Notes: generated by a model from the letters alone, not told the origin. A stretch of 42,126 nt of DNA from Candidatus Kuenenia sp. (GCA_038144795.1 JAYQOK010000002.1:6769-48894), one strand, 5' to 3'. Positions 1-10,245 are shown, counted from the first letter of the stretch. Translations and numbers: made by a program.

Positions 1-147
1 ACCCACATGGAGCGTGGCATGGGCCTGAGAGTCGAGGTCGATCAGCAGCACACGGCGACCGGCGCGGGCCAGCCCCACCGCGAGGTTGACGGAGGTCGTG
101 GTCTTGCCGACCCCGCCCTTCTGATTGGCTACGGCGATGGCGCGCAT
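1..147 (-). CDS. parA: ParA/Soj family ATPase, N-terminal part (runs off window edge)
   Basis: Manual translation from ATG at 147: [45 protein letters not shown]; deviant Walker A KGGVGKTT plus LLIDLD-Q motif. Confidence 0.85.
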   Translation of the reverse strand, partial: MRAIAVANQKGGVGKTTTSVNLAVGLARAGRRVLLIDLDSQAHATLHVG

Positions 148-190
148 GGCAGGAGGATAGGAGGCGGCCGCGGCCGGCCATAGGCCGATT

Positions 191-733
191 TCACCGGGGT
201 TCTGCCATGTCAGCGGCCGGAATCGTGGCCGCAATCCACGCTGCCAGCCCACTACCCAGCCGGCCCAGGGCGACACGGCCGGCCTGTCCCTGCACCGCCA
301 GCCAGCCACCGTCGCCCTCGAGATCGATGACAATAGTCGTACGACCATCGAGGGTGGGGTTGCTGAACACGAGCGCATAGTCCCACGCCGCCTCCGGGAG
401 CCGCCCTGCCAAACCAGCCTCACTCCAACGGAAACCGACATCTTCGACGAGCCCACGGCGGAGGTGCACGATCCCCTTGGCGAAGGTGACGTCGTGTCGG
501 CCGGTAGCCACAAGCCGCCCGGGCCGGCCGGCAGGGGCTAGCTGCCACAGTTCCACCCGCGGTGCTTTCGCCACCTGCCGCGCCGCCTCGGGACCGTAAA
601 AATCGAGGCAGCGGTGGGTCTGCATCCGCTGGTAGGAAAGTGCTGCCGTCGCGGCCGCAATGCCGAGGAGCAGGATGCCGACGACGATCAGGGAGCCGGG
701 ACGAAACGGTGCGGCGGCCGATGCATGAGCCAT
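191..733 (-). CDS. Hypothetical membrane-anchored protein
   Basis: Part of ORF 191..883; likelier start MAHASAAAP at 733, followed by a hydrophobic segment ([18 protein letters not shown]). Confidence 0.6.
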   Translation of the reverse strand: MAHASAAAPFRPGSLIVVGILLLGIAAATAALSYQRMQTHRCLDFYGPEAARQVAKAPRVELWQLAPAGRPGRLVATGRHDVTFAKGIVHLRRGLVEDVGFRWSEAGLAGRLPEAAWDYALVFSNPTLDGRTTIVIDLEGDGGWLAVQGQAGRVALGRLGSGLAAWIAATIPAADMAEPR

Positions 734-832
734 GCCGCATGTATACTCCATGAGCCGGCCAGACGGCACCGGCCACGAGTGCCGCCCCGGCGTTCGGATC
801 ACTTTGGAGCCCACCGAGGAGCCTTTCCACCG

Positions 833-1060
833 ATGCCCAATGCCCTTGACCCCTACCGCGAAGCACTCGTCGTCGAGTATCACACCGTCTGGCCCAACGA
901 TTGCGAGGACTGGTCAGCAGCCGACAAGGCCCGGGTGGAGGCCCTGCTCCACGCCAGCCCGACGGAGGCGGCTGACCTCGACTATGTGCGGCAGCATACC
1001 GGCTTTGCCCGCGTGATCACCGTCACGCCCACCGACCTCGAACGGGTGAGTGTGGCCTGA
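833..1060 (+). CDS. Small hypothetical protein (75 aa)
   Basis: C-terminal part of ORF 614..1060 (MPNALDPYREALVVE...); GAGGA upstream of ATG 833; stop lies 2 nt before the aroB start. Confidence 0.65.
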   Translation: MPNALDPYREALVVEYHTVWPNDCEDWSAADKARVEALLHASPTEAADLDYVRQHTGFARVITVTPTDLERVSVA

Positions 1061-1062
1061 CC

Positions 1063-2175
1063 GTGCCCACGATTCATGTTCAACTTACCGGAGTTGCTGC
1101 GGCCAACCGGTCGTATGACGTTCAGATCGGCGCCGGCGTCATCGGCGAGATCGGCGTTGCTGTGGCCCAACGAGGGGGTCGCCGAGCAGTCGTGATCAGC
1201 GATGCGGCCGTGGCACCCCATGCCGCCGCCGTGATGGCTTCACTTACCGCCTCCGGAATCGACACGACAGCGGTGGCCGTACCCTCCGGCGAGGCCTCGA
1301 AGTCGCTCGCCGAGGCGGGCCGCCTGTGGAATGCGTTGGCCGTAAATGCCACCGATCGCCAGACACATGTTGTTGCGGTTGGCGGCGGAGTGGTGGGTGA
1401 TCTGGCCGGCTTCGTCGCCGCCACGTTTGCCCGTGGCCTGCCTGTGTGGCAAGTACCGACCACACTCGTCGCCCAGGTTGATAGCGCGATCGGTGGCAAG
1501 ACAGGCATTAATCTTGCGGGCGGCAAAAACCTCGTCGGCTGCTTCTGGCAGCCGAGTGGCGTGGTTGCCGATATCGACACGCTCGCCTCCCTGCCCGACC
1601 GCGAGTTCACAAGCGGCCTGGCTGAGGTGGTGAAGTATGGCATGATCCTCGACGCGGAGTTCTTCGCGTGGCTGGAGGCTCATGCGGCCGACCTTGTGGC
1701 CCGTGAACCACAGGCGCTAGTGCACGCGGTAGAGCGCTCGGCAGCCCTGAAGGCACAGGTCGTCAGTGCGGACGAACGGGAAGAGACTGGCCTGCGGGCC
1801 GTTCTCAACTACGGCCACACCTTCGCGCATGCCTTCGAGACGGCGGCCGGCTACGGCACGCTGCTCCATGGTGAGGCAGTGTCGATCGGCATGGCGTGCG
1901 CTGCCCGCCTCGCGGAGCAACTCGGCCGCATCAGCAGCGACATCGTGGCTCGTCAGGATGCCCTGCTGGCTGCTTGCCAACTGCCGCGGACTGTTCCTAC
2001 GCTCACCGCCTCGACCGACGATCTTTTGGCGATCATGGCCCGCGACAAGAAATCTCTCGCCGGCCAGCTTCGCTTTATCCTCCCCGACAGCATCGGCCAC
2101 GTCGAACTCGTTGCCAACATCGATCCCAGCCTCGTCAGGTCGATGCTGTCGCTGGAACGAGCCGGGCCCAGGTGA
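1063..2175 (+). CDS. aroB: 3-dehydroquinate synthase
   Basis: Motifs GEASKS, GGGVVGDLAGF, PTTLVAQVDSAIGGKTGIN, GKNLVG, GLAEVVKYG, LNYGHTFAHA, LLHGEAV, DKK. Confidence 0.95.
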   Translation: MPTIHVQLTGVAAANRSYDVQIGAGVIGEIGVAVAQRGGRRAVVISDAAVAPHAAAVMASLTASGIDTTAVAVPSGEASKSLAEAGRLWNALAVNATDRQTHVVAVGGGVVGDLAGFVAATFARGLPVWQVPTTLVAQVDSAIGGKTGINLAGGKNLVGCFWQPSGVVADIDTLASLPDREFTSGLAEVVKYGMILDAEFFAWLEAHAADLVAREPQALVHAVERSAALKAQVVSADEREETGLRAVLNYGHTFAHAFETAAGYGTLLHGEAVSIGMACAARLAEQLGRISSDIVARQDALLAACQLPRTVPTLTASTDDLLAIMARDKKSLAGQLRFILPDSIGHVELVANIDPSLVRSMLSLERAGPR

Positions 2176-2254
2176 ATCCGACGCGAGTTGGCGTATCCTC
2201 GCCCGGAAGCGGAGGGTTCATCCACGCCCGGCAGCGCAGCACATGCCCGGCGGC

Positions 2255-3652
2255 TCACCAACGGGTCTCGACGGCGAGGCCGCCCTGATCCGCCATGGGT
2301 AGCGGCACCACCCGCACCTCATAGCCGGCAAACTGCATCTCAGTATGGTTGATGGCCCGGGAACTGGCCCAGGCAAGATACCAGCCAAGAAACACCTGCG
2401 ACGGGTAATGGGCGTTGTCCGTCATTCGTGAAAACCCCACAAATGTCGAACAAACATAGAGGGTGCCCTTCAGTAGCGGGCTTTCCACCATGTCAGCGGC
2501 GGCCAAGAAAGGAATCGCTCCCACGAAGGCATGACCGCTGACACCATTGTCATCGTTGAACGGAGACCACGAACTGCCCCCCGAGTAATCCCGCGGCCGA
2601 GATGCACCAGTCGCCAATTGCAGCGCATAAACCGGTGGAGCGCCAACGGCGAACATGCGTAGTGATCGCCCTCCCCATTCGCCAACAACATCGGCAACGG
2701 GAGCGTTTTCAAAGACCAGTCCGGTCGCATAGGCCACACCGAATACCGGAAGTGCGTATCGGCCTTCCCCGATGTTCTTACAACCAGAAAAGAATGTTCC
2801 CAAGCCCGTGGGCTGAACACCAGTCATCCAAGCATCTTGCATGGTCTGGTCGAATCCAGTGTTCGCCATGATCGCGCCGGCGCCGAAGGCTCCCGCAAGA
2901 CAGGTCAAGCTTTCACAGGAGTAGAAGTTGCGATAGTCTTGCGCGACTTGATGCCAGGCCCGCGATGCTCGCGGATGGCGACTTCCGATCCATGGGCGCT
3001 CATCAACTGGAGGAAGGGGGAGTGGCTGACCGGAAAACGATTCCATGGAAAGCGCTGGCAATGAATAGGCCGGCGGCTCAACCGGTGTCATCTGAGCAGC
3101 CAACTTCACCGTGATGTCCTCTGACACTCCGGCGGTATCAGTCTGCCAGCCACCCACAAGAGACGGGCCGGCATCCGTCTCAAGTGCCGAGAGCGACTGC
3201 GTTTGCACGGCGGCATCGATCCAGGCGCCATCGGGAGCAGGCACAACTCGCACCACCACTCGCTGCCGCCTCGGTGGCCACTGCGTCACTGTCCCTCTCT
3301 CACTCATTGGCTCAACCCATGCGGACTCGATTCGTCCAGGCCGTGGAGGCTCGCTGAGAAAGTCAGGAGGCTCGACGTGTACGATCGGCCATTCAGTCTG
3401 CACAGTTGTCAACGTCTGGTTCCAGAGTCGCTCCCCGTTGTGTCCGGCAAGAAACAGGCTGCCGTTGCGGCCTGACTCCGCCGCCCGAGCAAGGACTACC
3501 GGGGAAATCGCGCAGAGCAGGATCGCGATCACGGTGAGGCCGTGGCATACCCTGGATCGGACTGTTTGCTGCATGCGCGGCACCACCTGGAAAAACCGTG
3601 GGGGCGTTGGGAGTGTTTCAACAGTTGCCGAGGGGGGCAAGACGTTTTTCAC
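2255..3652 (-). CDS. PAP2-superfamily phosphatase with long N-terminal extension
   Basis: C-terminal PAP2-like motifs SRPR, SGHA and SRMTDNAHYPSQV among hydrophobic segments; start codon uncertain. Confidence 0.7.
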   Translation of the reverse strand: MKNVLPPSATVETLPTPPRFFQVVPRMQQTVRSRVCHGLTVIAILLCAISPVVLARAAESGRNGSLFLAGHNGERLWNQTLTTVQTEWPIVHVEPPDFLSEPPRPGRIESAWVEPMSERGTVTQWPPRRQRVVVRVVPAPDGAWIDAAVQTQSLSALETDAGPSLVGGWQTDTAGVSEDITVKLAAQMTPVEPPAYSLPALSMESFSGQPLPLPPVDERPWIGSRHPRASRAWHQVAQDYRNFYSCESLTCLAGAFGAGAIMANTGFDQTMQDAWMTGVQPTGLGTFFSGCKNIGEGRYALPVFGVAYATGLVFENAPVADVVGEWGGRSLRMFAVGAPPVYALQLATGASRPRDYSGGSSWSPFNDDNGVSGHAFVGAIPFLAAADMVESPLLKGTLYVCSTFVGFSRMTDNAHYPSQVFLGWYLAWASSRAINHTEMQFAGYEVRVVPLPMADQGGLAVETRW

Positions 3653-3671
3653 AATGTGTCTGTGAAAATTG

Positions 3672-4817
3672 TCAGGGACTAACTGCGGCAGTTACTGCCG
3701 CCTCGAGATAGACCTCGACCTGCTGACCCACGAAGAGCGGCGGCCGGCCGGAAGGATCACACGAATAGATGACCTGGAGCACCCGGGTATCGACCCGCTC
3801 AGTGGTGTCGCCAGTAAGCGACTTTTTCGGCACCACAAAGGGCTCCACACGGACAAACTCCAGCGGATACCGTTGCTGGAGGCTGCCACGCGGCACGGCG
3901 GTAGCCTTGGCAGTTTTGGTAAATCGCGGAATGTCAAACTCGTCGATATCGACCCTCACATGCAGTTTCTCGATGTTGCCCAGCACGATCAGCGGCTGCC
4001 CTGGCGGGGCACCGACAAATTCCCCGGGCCGCACGTTGACCTGCAGCACCTGACCGGCCACGAGCGCCCGAACGATGAGCCGATCGAGCTCTGTCTCGAT
4101 CTTTGCCGCCTCGGCCTCGGCTCGGCCAACACCAGCTCGGGCGATGTCGCGGTCGTATTCCCATGAACCGGATTTGAGAAGATTGAGGTCGGCCTCGGTC
4201 CGCTCCAGATTTGCTTGCGCAGCGGCCAACGCTTCGCGGCGGGCGATGAGTTCCTGTTCGGTGGTCACCTTGCGGGCAAATGTGTCCTCAGCCCGTTTCA
4301 GGGCGTCGGTCTCGCGGGCCACCGTCGCTTTCGCCTCATTGACCTGTGCAACAAGCACCGGCACCTTCTCCTTACGAGGCTCGGCCTCAAGACGGGTCAG
4401 TTCACTCTTGGCCGTCGCTAGTGCTGCCCGCCGCACGGCCAACTCGGCCAACAGGTCACGATCATCAAGCCGAAAGAGCGGTGTGCCAGGCGTTACCTCG
4501 TCGCCCACTGTCACATCCACCTGCACGACCACACCCGGGGTCGCCGAGCCGACGGCGATGTTTTCCGTTTGCGCTTCAACCACGCCGGCGGCAGCCACAG
4601 CATCCGGAAACGGGCTCCGCGCCGGCTGAATCGGTGGTGGTGGGTTGCGAGGTACTCGGCGCGTCGACCAGACATACCACCCGGCAAAGGCCAACAGCAA
4701 CAATGCGACCACAGGCAGCACCAACTGCGTGATCACATCACCGATGGTGCGGTTTCGCTTCATGCGACGGCTTGGTGCTACGCTCACTGCGTTTGTATCC
4801 GATGGGATGCCTGACAT
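3672..4817 (-). CDS. HlyD-family membrane fusion protein (periplasmic adaptor)
   Basis: N-terminal TM, lipoyl-like half motifs (PGVVVQVDVTVGDEV; AGQVLQVNVRPGE), central coiled coil, VRVDIDEFD and RVDTRVLQV. Confidence 0.9.
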   Translation of the reverse strand: MSGIPSDTNAVSVAPSRRMKRNRTIGDVITQLVLPVVALLLLAFAGWYVWSTRRVPRNPPPPIQPARSPFPDAVAAAGVVEAQTENIAVGSATPGVVVQVDVTVGDEVTPGTPLFRLDDRDLLAELAVRRAALATAKSELTRLEAEPRKEKVPVLVAQVNEAKATVARETDALKRAEDTFARKVTTEQELIARREALAAAQANLERTEADLNLLKSGSWEYDRDIARAGVGRAEAEAAKIETELDRLIVRALVAGQVLQVNVRPGEFVGAPPGQPLIVLGNIEKLHVRVDIDEFDIPRFTKTAKATAVPRGSLQQRYPLEFVRVEPFVVPKKSLTGDTTERVDTRVLQVIYSCDPSGRPPLFVGQQVEVYLEAAVTAAVSP

Positions 4818-4850
4818 AACGAAATCGTACTCAGATAAGTGCTCATCTGA

Positions 4851-4907
4851 CTATGACCATGAGGCAAGGACGAATCCCACCATGAAGCCAAAAGCCACCC
4901 AATTCAT
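4851..4907 (-). CDS. Possible 18-aa hydrophobic peptide MNWVAFGFMVGFVLASWS
   Basis: Its ATG overlaps the upstream gene's stop (TGATG at 4909-4905); almost all hydrophobic. Very short, so may be chance. Confidence 0.25.
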   Translation of the reverse strand: MNWVAFGFMVGFVLASWS

Positions 4908-6646
4908 CAATGCTTTTCCGGTGGATCCGCCGGAGTTTCTGCTTTGGCGTTTGTAGAAACCGGCTGCGTCACACCGATGTTGTCGTGAATGAGTACGTCC
5001 TTGCACTTGGGGTGTACGGTGACCTCGCGGCCACCCCCGCTCACAACATTGTCTCGCACAATGATGCCCGTGCCATTGGGGGCAAACGTGATGGCCGGTC
5101 CACACTCCGGGCCGGTGGCGAAAACGTTCCCAGTCACGACAACGGCCCCATACTTCCCGTCCGCCTCATGCAGTGTGAAATACAGTTCCGGATACGACTC
5201 ATAGTCCCCGGTGATGAAGGTCTTGCGGCCACGCTTCGGGTCACGCTCACACTTCGTGGTGTTGTTGACAAAGACGTTGTTCGAGAGCACGAGGTTTTTC
5301 GGTTGGTTGATCCAACTGCCCCGGCCACCACCCCGAAACGTGTTTCCACTAATGGTCACGTCGGCACATGACTTCTCCACACTCATCACCCGTGAACCAT
5401 TGGTTCCGTCCACCGTGTTGCCAATGATTGTCGCATTCTTGCAGTACTCAGCCAGGAAAAACGCCCCCATCCGGGAGCCGAGGATCTGGTTGCCGTCGAA
5501 CACGACGTTTTGGCACTTCTGGATGTGCATGGTGTCTCCACGGGCGCTGAGCCTGCAGCCACTCACCCGAACATCCTTGCAGGCGACAAGGTCGATCGCC
5601 CCCTTACCAGGTCCGCTCCCACGTGGCGAGTACAGGGCGAGGAAAGCGCGAAAGTGATCGTGGATGATCTTCGCCTGCGGTCCAAAACTGCCATCGAACA
5701 CGATCGGCCTGCCGCCGGGCTTTTCGGCAACCTTGATGTACTCCCTTTCACTCTCGACGATGAAGTACTGTCTCCCCCGAATCACGTTCGTCGGTAACGT
5801 GTCTCCGAAGAAGACCAGAGCGTCTTTTGGCTCCGCAGTTCTAGCAACCGGCAGTGGTTGGGTGGGGTTATCAAATCTCACTCGGTTGCCCTTGTCATCG
5901 CACCGAATCCCGGACCGGATCAGGGAGGACGTGAAGTACCGTGCCGCTAGTGCCCGCTCGTGATCAGTGTGCTCCTCCGGCCAGACCGTGATCTGCCACA
6001 GGTAGCCGTAGTCCCACATAAACTTGCCGGAGTCGAGAAGTGTGCAGTCCTCCAGCGTCACGTCGGTGGCGTAGTTGGTAACCTCACGCTCTGATCCCGG
6101 CTTGGCAACGCCAACGACGGTCACGACCGCACCCGCCATCCCAGCCGACGTGATATCACGAAAGCGGAGGCGGCGGGTCGTCCCACCGCGAGTGGTGGTG
6201 ATCAGGATCACCCGCGTGTTGGCATTCGGCTCCCAAGTATTGAATTCGATCGTCGGGTCAAAGCACCGTCCGCGGAAGTCGCCTCCTCGCCACGAGAAGT
6301 CGCAGATGTCCTCGCCGGTAAAGAGTACGATGCGGCTCCCGTCGCCGAGTGTTTCCGGGAGCGTGAACACCGCGCCATCAGCAGCGACGTGCGTGTTACT
6401 GGCAAGCGTGATCGGCTTTTCTCCTGCCAAGAAGTATCGCCCGGGTGGAATGATGACATGCCCGCCACCCGCAGCCTCAACGTCGGCAAACAGTTTGCCG
6501 AACGCCTCCGTTGCATCATCTCTCCCATTCAATGGAGGCTTGTAGGACGCAAGCGAAAATGTTTTTATCTCGCGTGATGCACACACAGCCCCCGTTTCAA
6601 CCAACACCAACACACACACGCAGATATTGAGAGTCAGACCACGCAC
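4907..6646 (-). CDS. Secreted right-handed parallel beta-helix protein (pectate lyase superfamily-like)
   Basis: Signal-like N-terminus; DDATEAF...GGGHVIIPPGRY motif; repeated Asn-ladder coils (FDGNQI, IIGNTV, ISGNTF, LSNNVF, VTGNVF, VRDNVV). GTG at 6646 follows GGAGG; the ORF track starts at 6661. Confidence 0.8.
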   Translation of the reverse strand: MRGLTLNICVCVLVLVETGAVCASREIKTFSLASYKPPLNGRDDATEAFGKLFADVEAAGGGHVIIPPGRYFLAGEKPITLASNTHVAADGAVFTLPETLGDGSRIVLFTGEDICDFSWRGGDFRGRCFDPTIEFNTWEPNANTRVILITTTRGGTTRRLRFRDITSAGMAGAVVTVVGVAKPGSEREVTNYATDVTLEDCTLLDSGKFMWDYGYLWQITVWPEEHTDHERALAARYFTSSLIRSGIRCDDKGNRVRFDNPTQPLPVARTAEPKDALVFFGDTLPTNVIRGRQYFIVESEREYIKVAEKPGGRPIVFDGSFGPQAKIIHDHFRAFLALYSPRGSGPGKGAIDLVACKDVRVSGCRLSARGDTMHIQKCQNVVFDGNQILGSRMGAFFLAEYCKNATIIGNTVDGTNGSRVMSVEKSCADVTISGNTFRGGGRGSWINQPKNLVLSNNVFVNNTTKCERDPKRGRKTFITGDYESYPELYFTLHEADGKYGAVVVTGNVFATGPECGPAITFAPNGTGIIVRDNVVSGGGREVTVHPKCKDVLIHDNIGVTQPVSTNAKAETPADPPEKH

Positions 6647-6909
6647 ACTCGTACCTCCCACCTTTCAACTCCAGACTGAGCAGTTGATGACCTTGAACAA
6701 TGAAGTGTGACCTATTGCGGTTTAATAAAAAATCATCGTCTGGCGTCGCAACGCAACGGGGATTTGGTGTTGCTGCTCGTAAATCAACTTTTCACCGGTC
6801 AATAAACGTCATCGATAACGCACCCGCAAACCAAGCAAAGGCGCCCTCTTCGCGCCCTGGAGACAGCGCACCGCGTCCGCGGTTCTGCCAATGAAGGGCT
6901 ACACTCCAT

Positions 6910-8142
6910 TCAGCGGCCAGTGTTCGTTCCCTGAGCAGCCCAGTCCCGCAGCATGGCGAACTGTTTTGAGAAGTCCTGCTCGGCTACATTCAGTGGGCTT
7001 TTGAAGAAACATGCGAGCCACTCCAGGGCGCCATATTCACCCCCGCGTCGGGCCCGGTCCACGAGCCGTACCAGATCGAGCACGAGCGGCGCCGCCAAGA
7101 TCGAATCGCAGCCCTGCCAGGTGAATTGCATCGTCATCGGCGTGCCGAGGAAGCCACGGAAATGGATGTGATCCCATGCCGTCTTCCAGTCGCCCAGGCT
7201 CTCGATGTATTCGATCGAGACATGCGTCTGGGGCGGATAGCCGAGGATGGCCGCCAGGAGGTGATCCTTACTCCGCACCTTGGCCGCCTTGTTCCGTGGA
7301 TCGTCGAGCACCTTGCCATCCATGTTGCCGAAAATGTTGTGCCCCACCCAGCTCATCACCTCGAGATTGCGGGCGGCAAACATCGGCGCAAGTACGCTCT
7401 TGAGGAGCGTCTCGCCTGTCTTGCCGTCGCAGCCGGCATGGGCGATGTGACGGTCGAGGGCAACCTGCTGCAGGCAGGCGGGCGTGCCACCGGTCGAGGG
7501 CGTGAAATTAATGAATGAAGTACCGGCCTCAGCGGCGGCCAGAAAGTAGAGACTGCTGGCCGGAAGCGGGCACGCCTCGGCATCGTCGAGGAGCGGTTCG
7601 ACGGCGGCGAAGTGGTCAGGGATTGGCAACAACGGAGGCGGCTCGGTCGAGGCGACATTGATGACGATCACATGCTCGAGATCCTCCGCCTGCTGAAAGG
7701 CCTCGAGGTCGGATCGCACCCGGTCAATCGCCTGCCGCGGCGTCTCCACTACGTTGGCGGTGACACGGTCGGCAAGGCTGCGAATGCGATCGCCCGCCGC
7801 CACGAGCGTGCCCGGCCGAAGGCGACGCTCCACGTCGGCAAAGAATCCGGCGGCACCGTCGAGCAACTCCGGCGTGATCGCCCGGCTCTCGGTCCACATC
7901 CGTCGCGCCTCGTCGGCGAGGCTGCCCGCACGGATGTCATGGCCCCCTACCACGATGTCGGAAAACCCGACCAGCCCGAGGTGGGCAAATGGCTCGGTGG
8001 CCGTGATCAGCCCCACCGGATCGATCGCCCCGCGCTGGAGGGCCGCCAGACCCGTCATCACGGTCGTCGCAACGCCTCCCTTGGCACCAATCAGCCAAAC
8101 ACCGAGACGGGACGGGGGAGGCACGCTTTGCATGCCGTCCAT
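6910..8142 (-). CDS. ino1: myo-inositol-1-phosphate synthase
   Basis: GAKGGVATT, VINVASTE, FINFTPS, GCDGKTGETLLKS, NIFGNMDG, GDWKTAWD, DSILAAPLVLDL, FFKSP. Confidence 0.9.
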   Translation of the reverse strand: MDGMQSVPPPSRLGVWLIGAKGGVATTVMTGLAALQRGAIDPVGLITATEPFAHLGLVGFSDIVVGGHDIRAGSLADEARRMWTESRAITPELLDGAAGFFADVERRLRPGTLVAAGDRIRSLADRVTANVVETPRQAIDRVRSDLEAFQQAEDLEHVIVINVASTEPPPLLPIPDHFAAVEPLLDDAEACPLPASSLYFLAAAEAGTSFINFTPSTGGTPACLQQVALDRHIAHAGCDGKTGETLLKSVLAPMFAARNLEVMSWVGHNIFGNMDGKVLDDPRNKAAKVRSKDHLLAAILGYPPQTHVSIEYIESLGDWKTAWDHIHFRGFLGTPMTMQFTWQGCDSILAAPLVLDLVRLVDRARRGGEYGALEWLACFFKSPLNVAEQDFSKQFAMLRDWAAQGTNTGR

Positions 8143-8175
8143 TCTTTTTCCGGAATCCCTTCCGTCAAGGATGCT

Positions 8176-8931
8176 TCACAGACATCGCTCAGACCGTTGT
8201 CGGCTCGTGGGGTCGCTCTCCACGGACTCGATCCGACCGTCTTCCATCGACGCGATCCGGTCGGCGAAGGAATACACTCGCGAGTCATGCGTGACAACGA
8301 TCACTGCCCGGTCAGGCTGCACGGCCACCTGCTGTATCAACTCCATCGTGATTCGGCCGTTGGCGGCATCGAGGGCGCTGGTCGGCTCGTCGCAGACCAA
8401 GAGCCGCGGCTCATGCACGAGCGCCCGGGCGATGGCCACCCGTTGCTGCTGGCCACCGGAAAGTTCACTCGGCAGGTTTGCCAGGCGATCCCCCAGCCCC
8501 AGCCGCTCCAGAATGTCGGCTGCCACTTCGACGGCATGGGCCCGCCGCCAGCCGGCGATGAGCAGGGGCACCGCGGCATTCTCCACGGCCGTGAGCGATG
8601 GCAGCAGGTTGTAGGCCTGGAAGATGAAGCCGACGTTCTCCCGACGAAACCGCACCTTACGGCCGTTGCTCATGCCCACAAGGTCGTGGCCGAGCACCTG
8701 CACGTTGCCAGCGGTCGCCTCGAGCGTTCCGGCCACAATGGAGACGAGCGTCGTCTTGCCGCAGCCGCTGGGGCCGACGAGCATCAACATCTCGCCATAG
8801 GGCACGTCGAGATCGACGCCCCGCAACGCCCGCGTGAGCGAGCCGCCGCTGCCGAATTCCTTCGTGACGCCGCGGACCCGCACGGCCATGTCGTCGGCAG
8901 GGCGGTTGTCATCCACATGTCGTGCGGCCAT
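8176..8931 (-). CDS. ABC transporter ATP-binding protein (LolD/DevA/MacB-NBD type)
   Basis: GPSGCGKTT, LSGGQQQRVAIARAL, DEPT, VTHD. Confidence 0.93.
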   Translation of the reverse strand: MAARHVDDNRPADDMAVRVRGVTKEFGSGGSLTRALRGVDLDVPYGEMLMLVGPSGCGKTTLVSIVAGTLEATAGNVQVLGHDLVGMSNGRKVRFRRENVGFIFQAYNLLPSLTAVENAAVPLLIAGWRRAHAVEVAADILERLGLGDRLANLPSELSGGQQQRVAIARALVHEPRLLVCDEPTSALDAANGRITMELIQQVAVQPDRAVIVVTHDSRVYSFADRIASMEDGRIESVESDPTSRQRSERCL

Positions 8932-8934
8932 CGC

Positions 8935-10077
8935 TCAGCCTCCCCGAAAGACGATTGCCGGATCGACGACGAGTACCTTCCGCACCGAGAGCAGACTCGC
9001 CAGGAGCACGATCACAAACACCGCCACACCCGTGATTGCCAGAACCTGCCATGGCATGAAGAACGAAAGCCTTGTCGCCGCCCGCGACCAGAAGCCAAAC
9101 AGTGCCGCCAGGCCCACTCCCACGCCATATCCGACCACGCCCACCTGGATCGCCTGCGAGAGCACCATCAGCAGGATCATCCAGTTGCTCGTGCCCATCG
9201 CCTTCAGGGCGCCGAACTGGCGGATATTTTCCACCGTGAACAGATAAAATGTCTGACCAGCGATGGCGGTGCCGACGAGAAAACCCAGGAAGACCGTGAT
9301 CCCGAAGTTGACCGGGATGCCGGTCTTCTTGAGGTAATACCAGATCGTCTTCCAGGTGAATTGTTCCTGCGTGACCGCCTGCAGGCCTGTCCGCTCGGTG
9401 ATCCGCCGGCAGACTTCTTCCGGATCGAGCCCCGGCTGGGCGTCGGCCAGCACGAAGGAGAGCACCTTCCGCTCCGGCGGCGCGAAGAGCACGGCCTGGC
9501 TATACCGCGTGTAGATGATCGGAAAACTCTGAAACGTGCGGCTGGCCTTCGTGATGCCCACGATCACGGCGCGGCGGTCATTCATCTCGAAGGAGCGGCC
9601 GAGCCGGTAGGGTTCCCCCGGCCAGATCCGTTTGTAGCCGGCATCGTCGATGATCACGGCATCGGGCCGCCGCAGGTCGGCGATCGACCCCAAAAAAACC
9701 TGCTGCGGTGCACCGACGAGCGTCGCATCATCAAGCCCGAGCAGGATCATCTGCTCATACGTCCCCTCCTCAAGCCGCGCTCGGGCTATCCCCTTATAAA
9801 ACCGCACCGCCCAGTCGACACCGGGCACGCCCTTCACCCGAAAGAGTTCGGTATCGGAAAGCGGCTTGATGTCATCGACAAACTGGACGTTTTCATCCAT
9901 CACCCAGATATCGGGTCCGGCGGTGTCATAGATCTGACTGATCGTCAGCGACATCAGCCCACAAAAGATTGACGCCTGCTGCGCGATCAACAGCGCGGCA
10001 AACACGACCCCAAAGACGATCCCCAGGTACTTCGCCCGATTCCCGATCAGCATCTTCCAGGCAATCCAGAACATCAC
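8935..10077 (-). CDS. ABC exporter permease (FtsX/MacB/DevC type)
   Basis: One N-terminal TM, large periplasmic domain, three C-terminal TMs, FGALKAMG motif; adjacent to the ATPase. Confidence 0.88.
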   Translation of the reverse strand: MMFWIAWKMLIGNRAKYLGIVFGVVFAALLIAQQASIFCGLMSLTISQIYDTAGPDIWVMDENVQFVDDIKPLSDTELFRVKGVPGVDWAVRFYKGIARARLEEGTYEQMILLGLDDATLVGAPQQVFLGSIADLRRPDAVIIDDAGYKRIWPGEPYRLGRSFEMNDRRAVIVGITKASRTFQSFPIIYTRYSQAVLFAPPERKVLSFVLADAQPGLDPEEVCRRITERTGLQAVTQEQFTWKTIWYYLKKTGIPVNFGITVFLGFLVGTAIAGQTFYLFTVENIRQFGALKAMGTSNWMILLMVLSQAIQVGVVGYGVGVGLAALFGFWSRAATRLSFFMPWQVLAITGVAVFVIVLLASLLSVRKVLVVDPAIVFRGG

Positions 10078-10245
10078 GTCATCCTATGGGGCCACGAACA
10101 ATTCTCCCACCCGGCTGGCGGCGAGAGTGGCGGCGCGATCTCCATTCAGGAAATAGGCTCCGGGCACGGAAATTGCAGCGGTGTGGGCATTGGCGATGGA
10201 CCGCACGAAGGAGGTTCGTTTCACCGGCAACAGGAACCAATCGGG

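Noticed and set aside
1063-2175. aroB as a secondary-metabolite sugar-phosphate cyclase partnered with ino1
   Set aside because: The sequence reads as a conventional DHQ synthase, is on the opposite strand, and no prenyltransferase, TatD-like or other ebo-type partner genes are nearby.
4814-4920. GTTATGT on the minus strand after the beta-helix gene as a solitary attC
   Set aside because: No matching inverse core or paired L boxes at a suitable distance; it simply contains the HlyD start codon.
7612-9972. 786-aa plus-strand ORF
   Set aside because: Antisense shadow of ino1 and the ABC genes, which carry clear family motifs; no recognisable motifs of its own, and long shadow ORFs are common at high GC.
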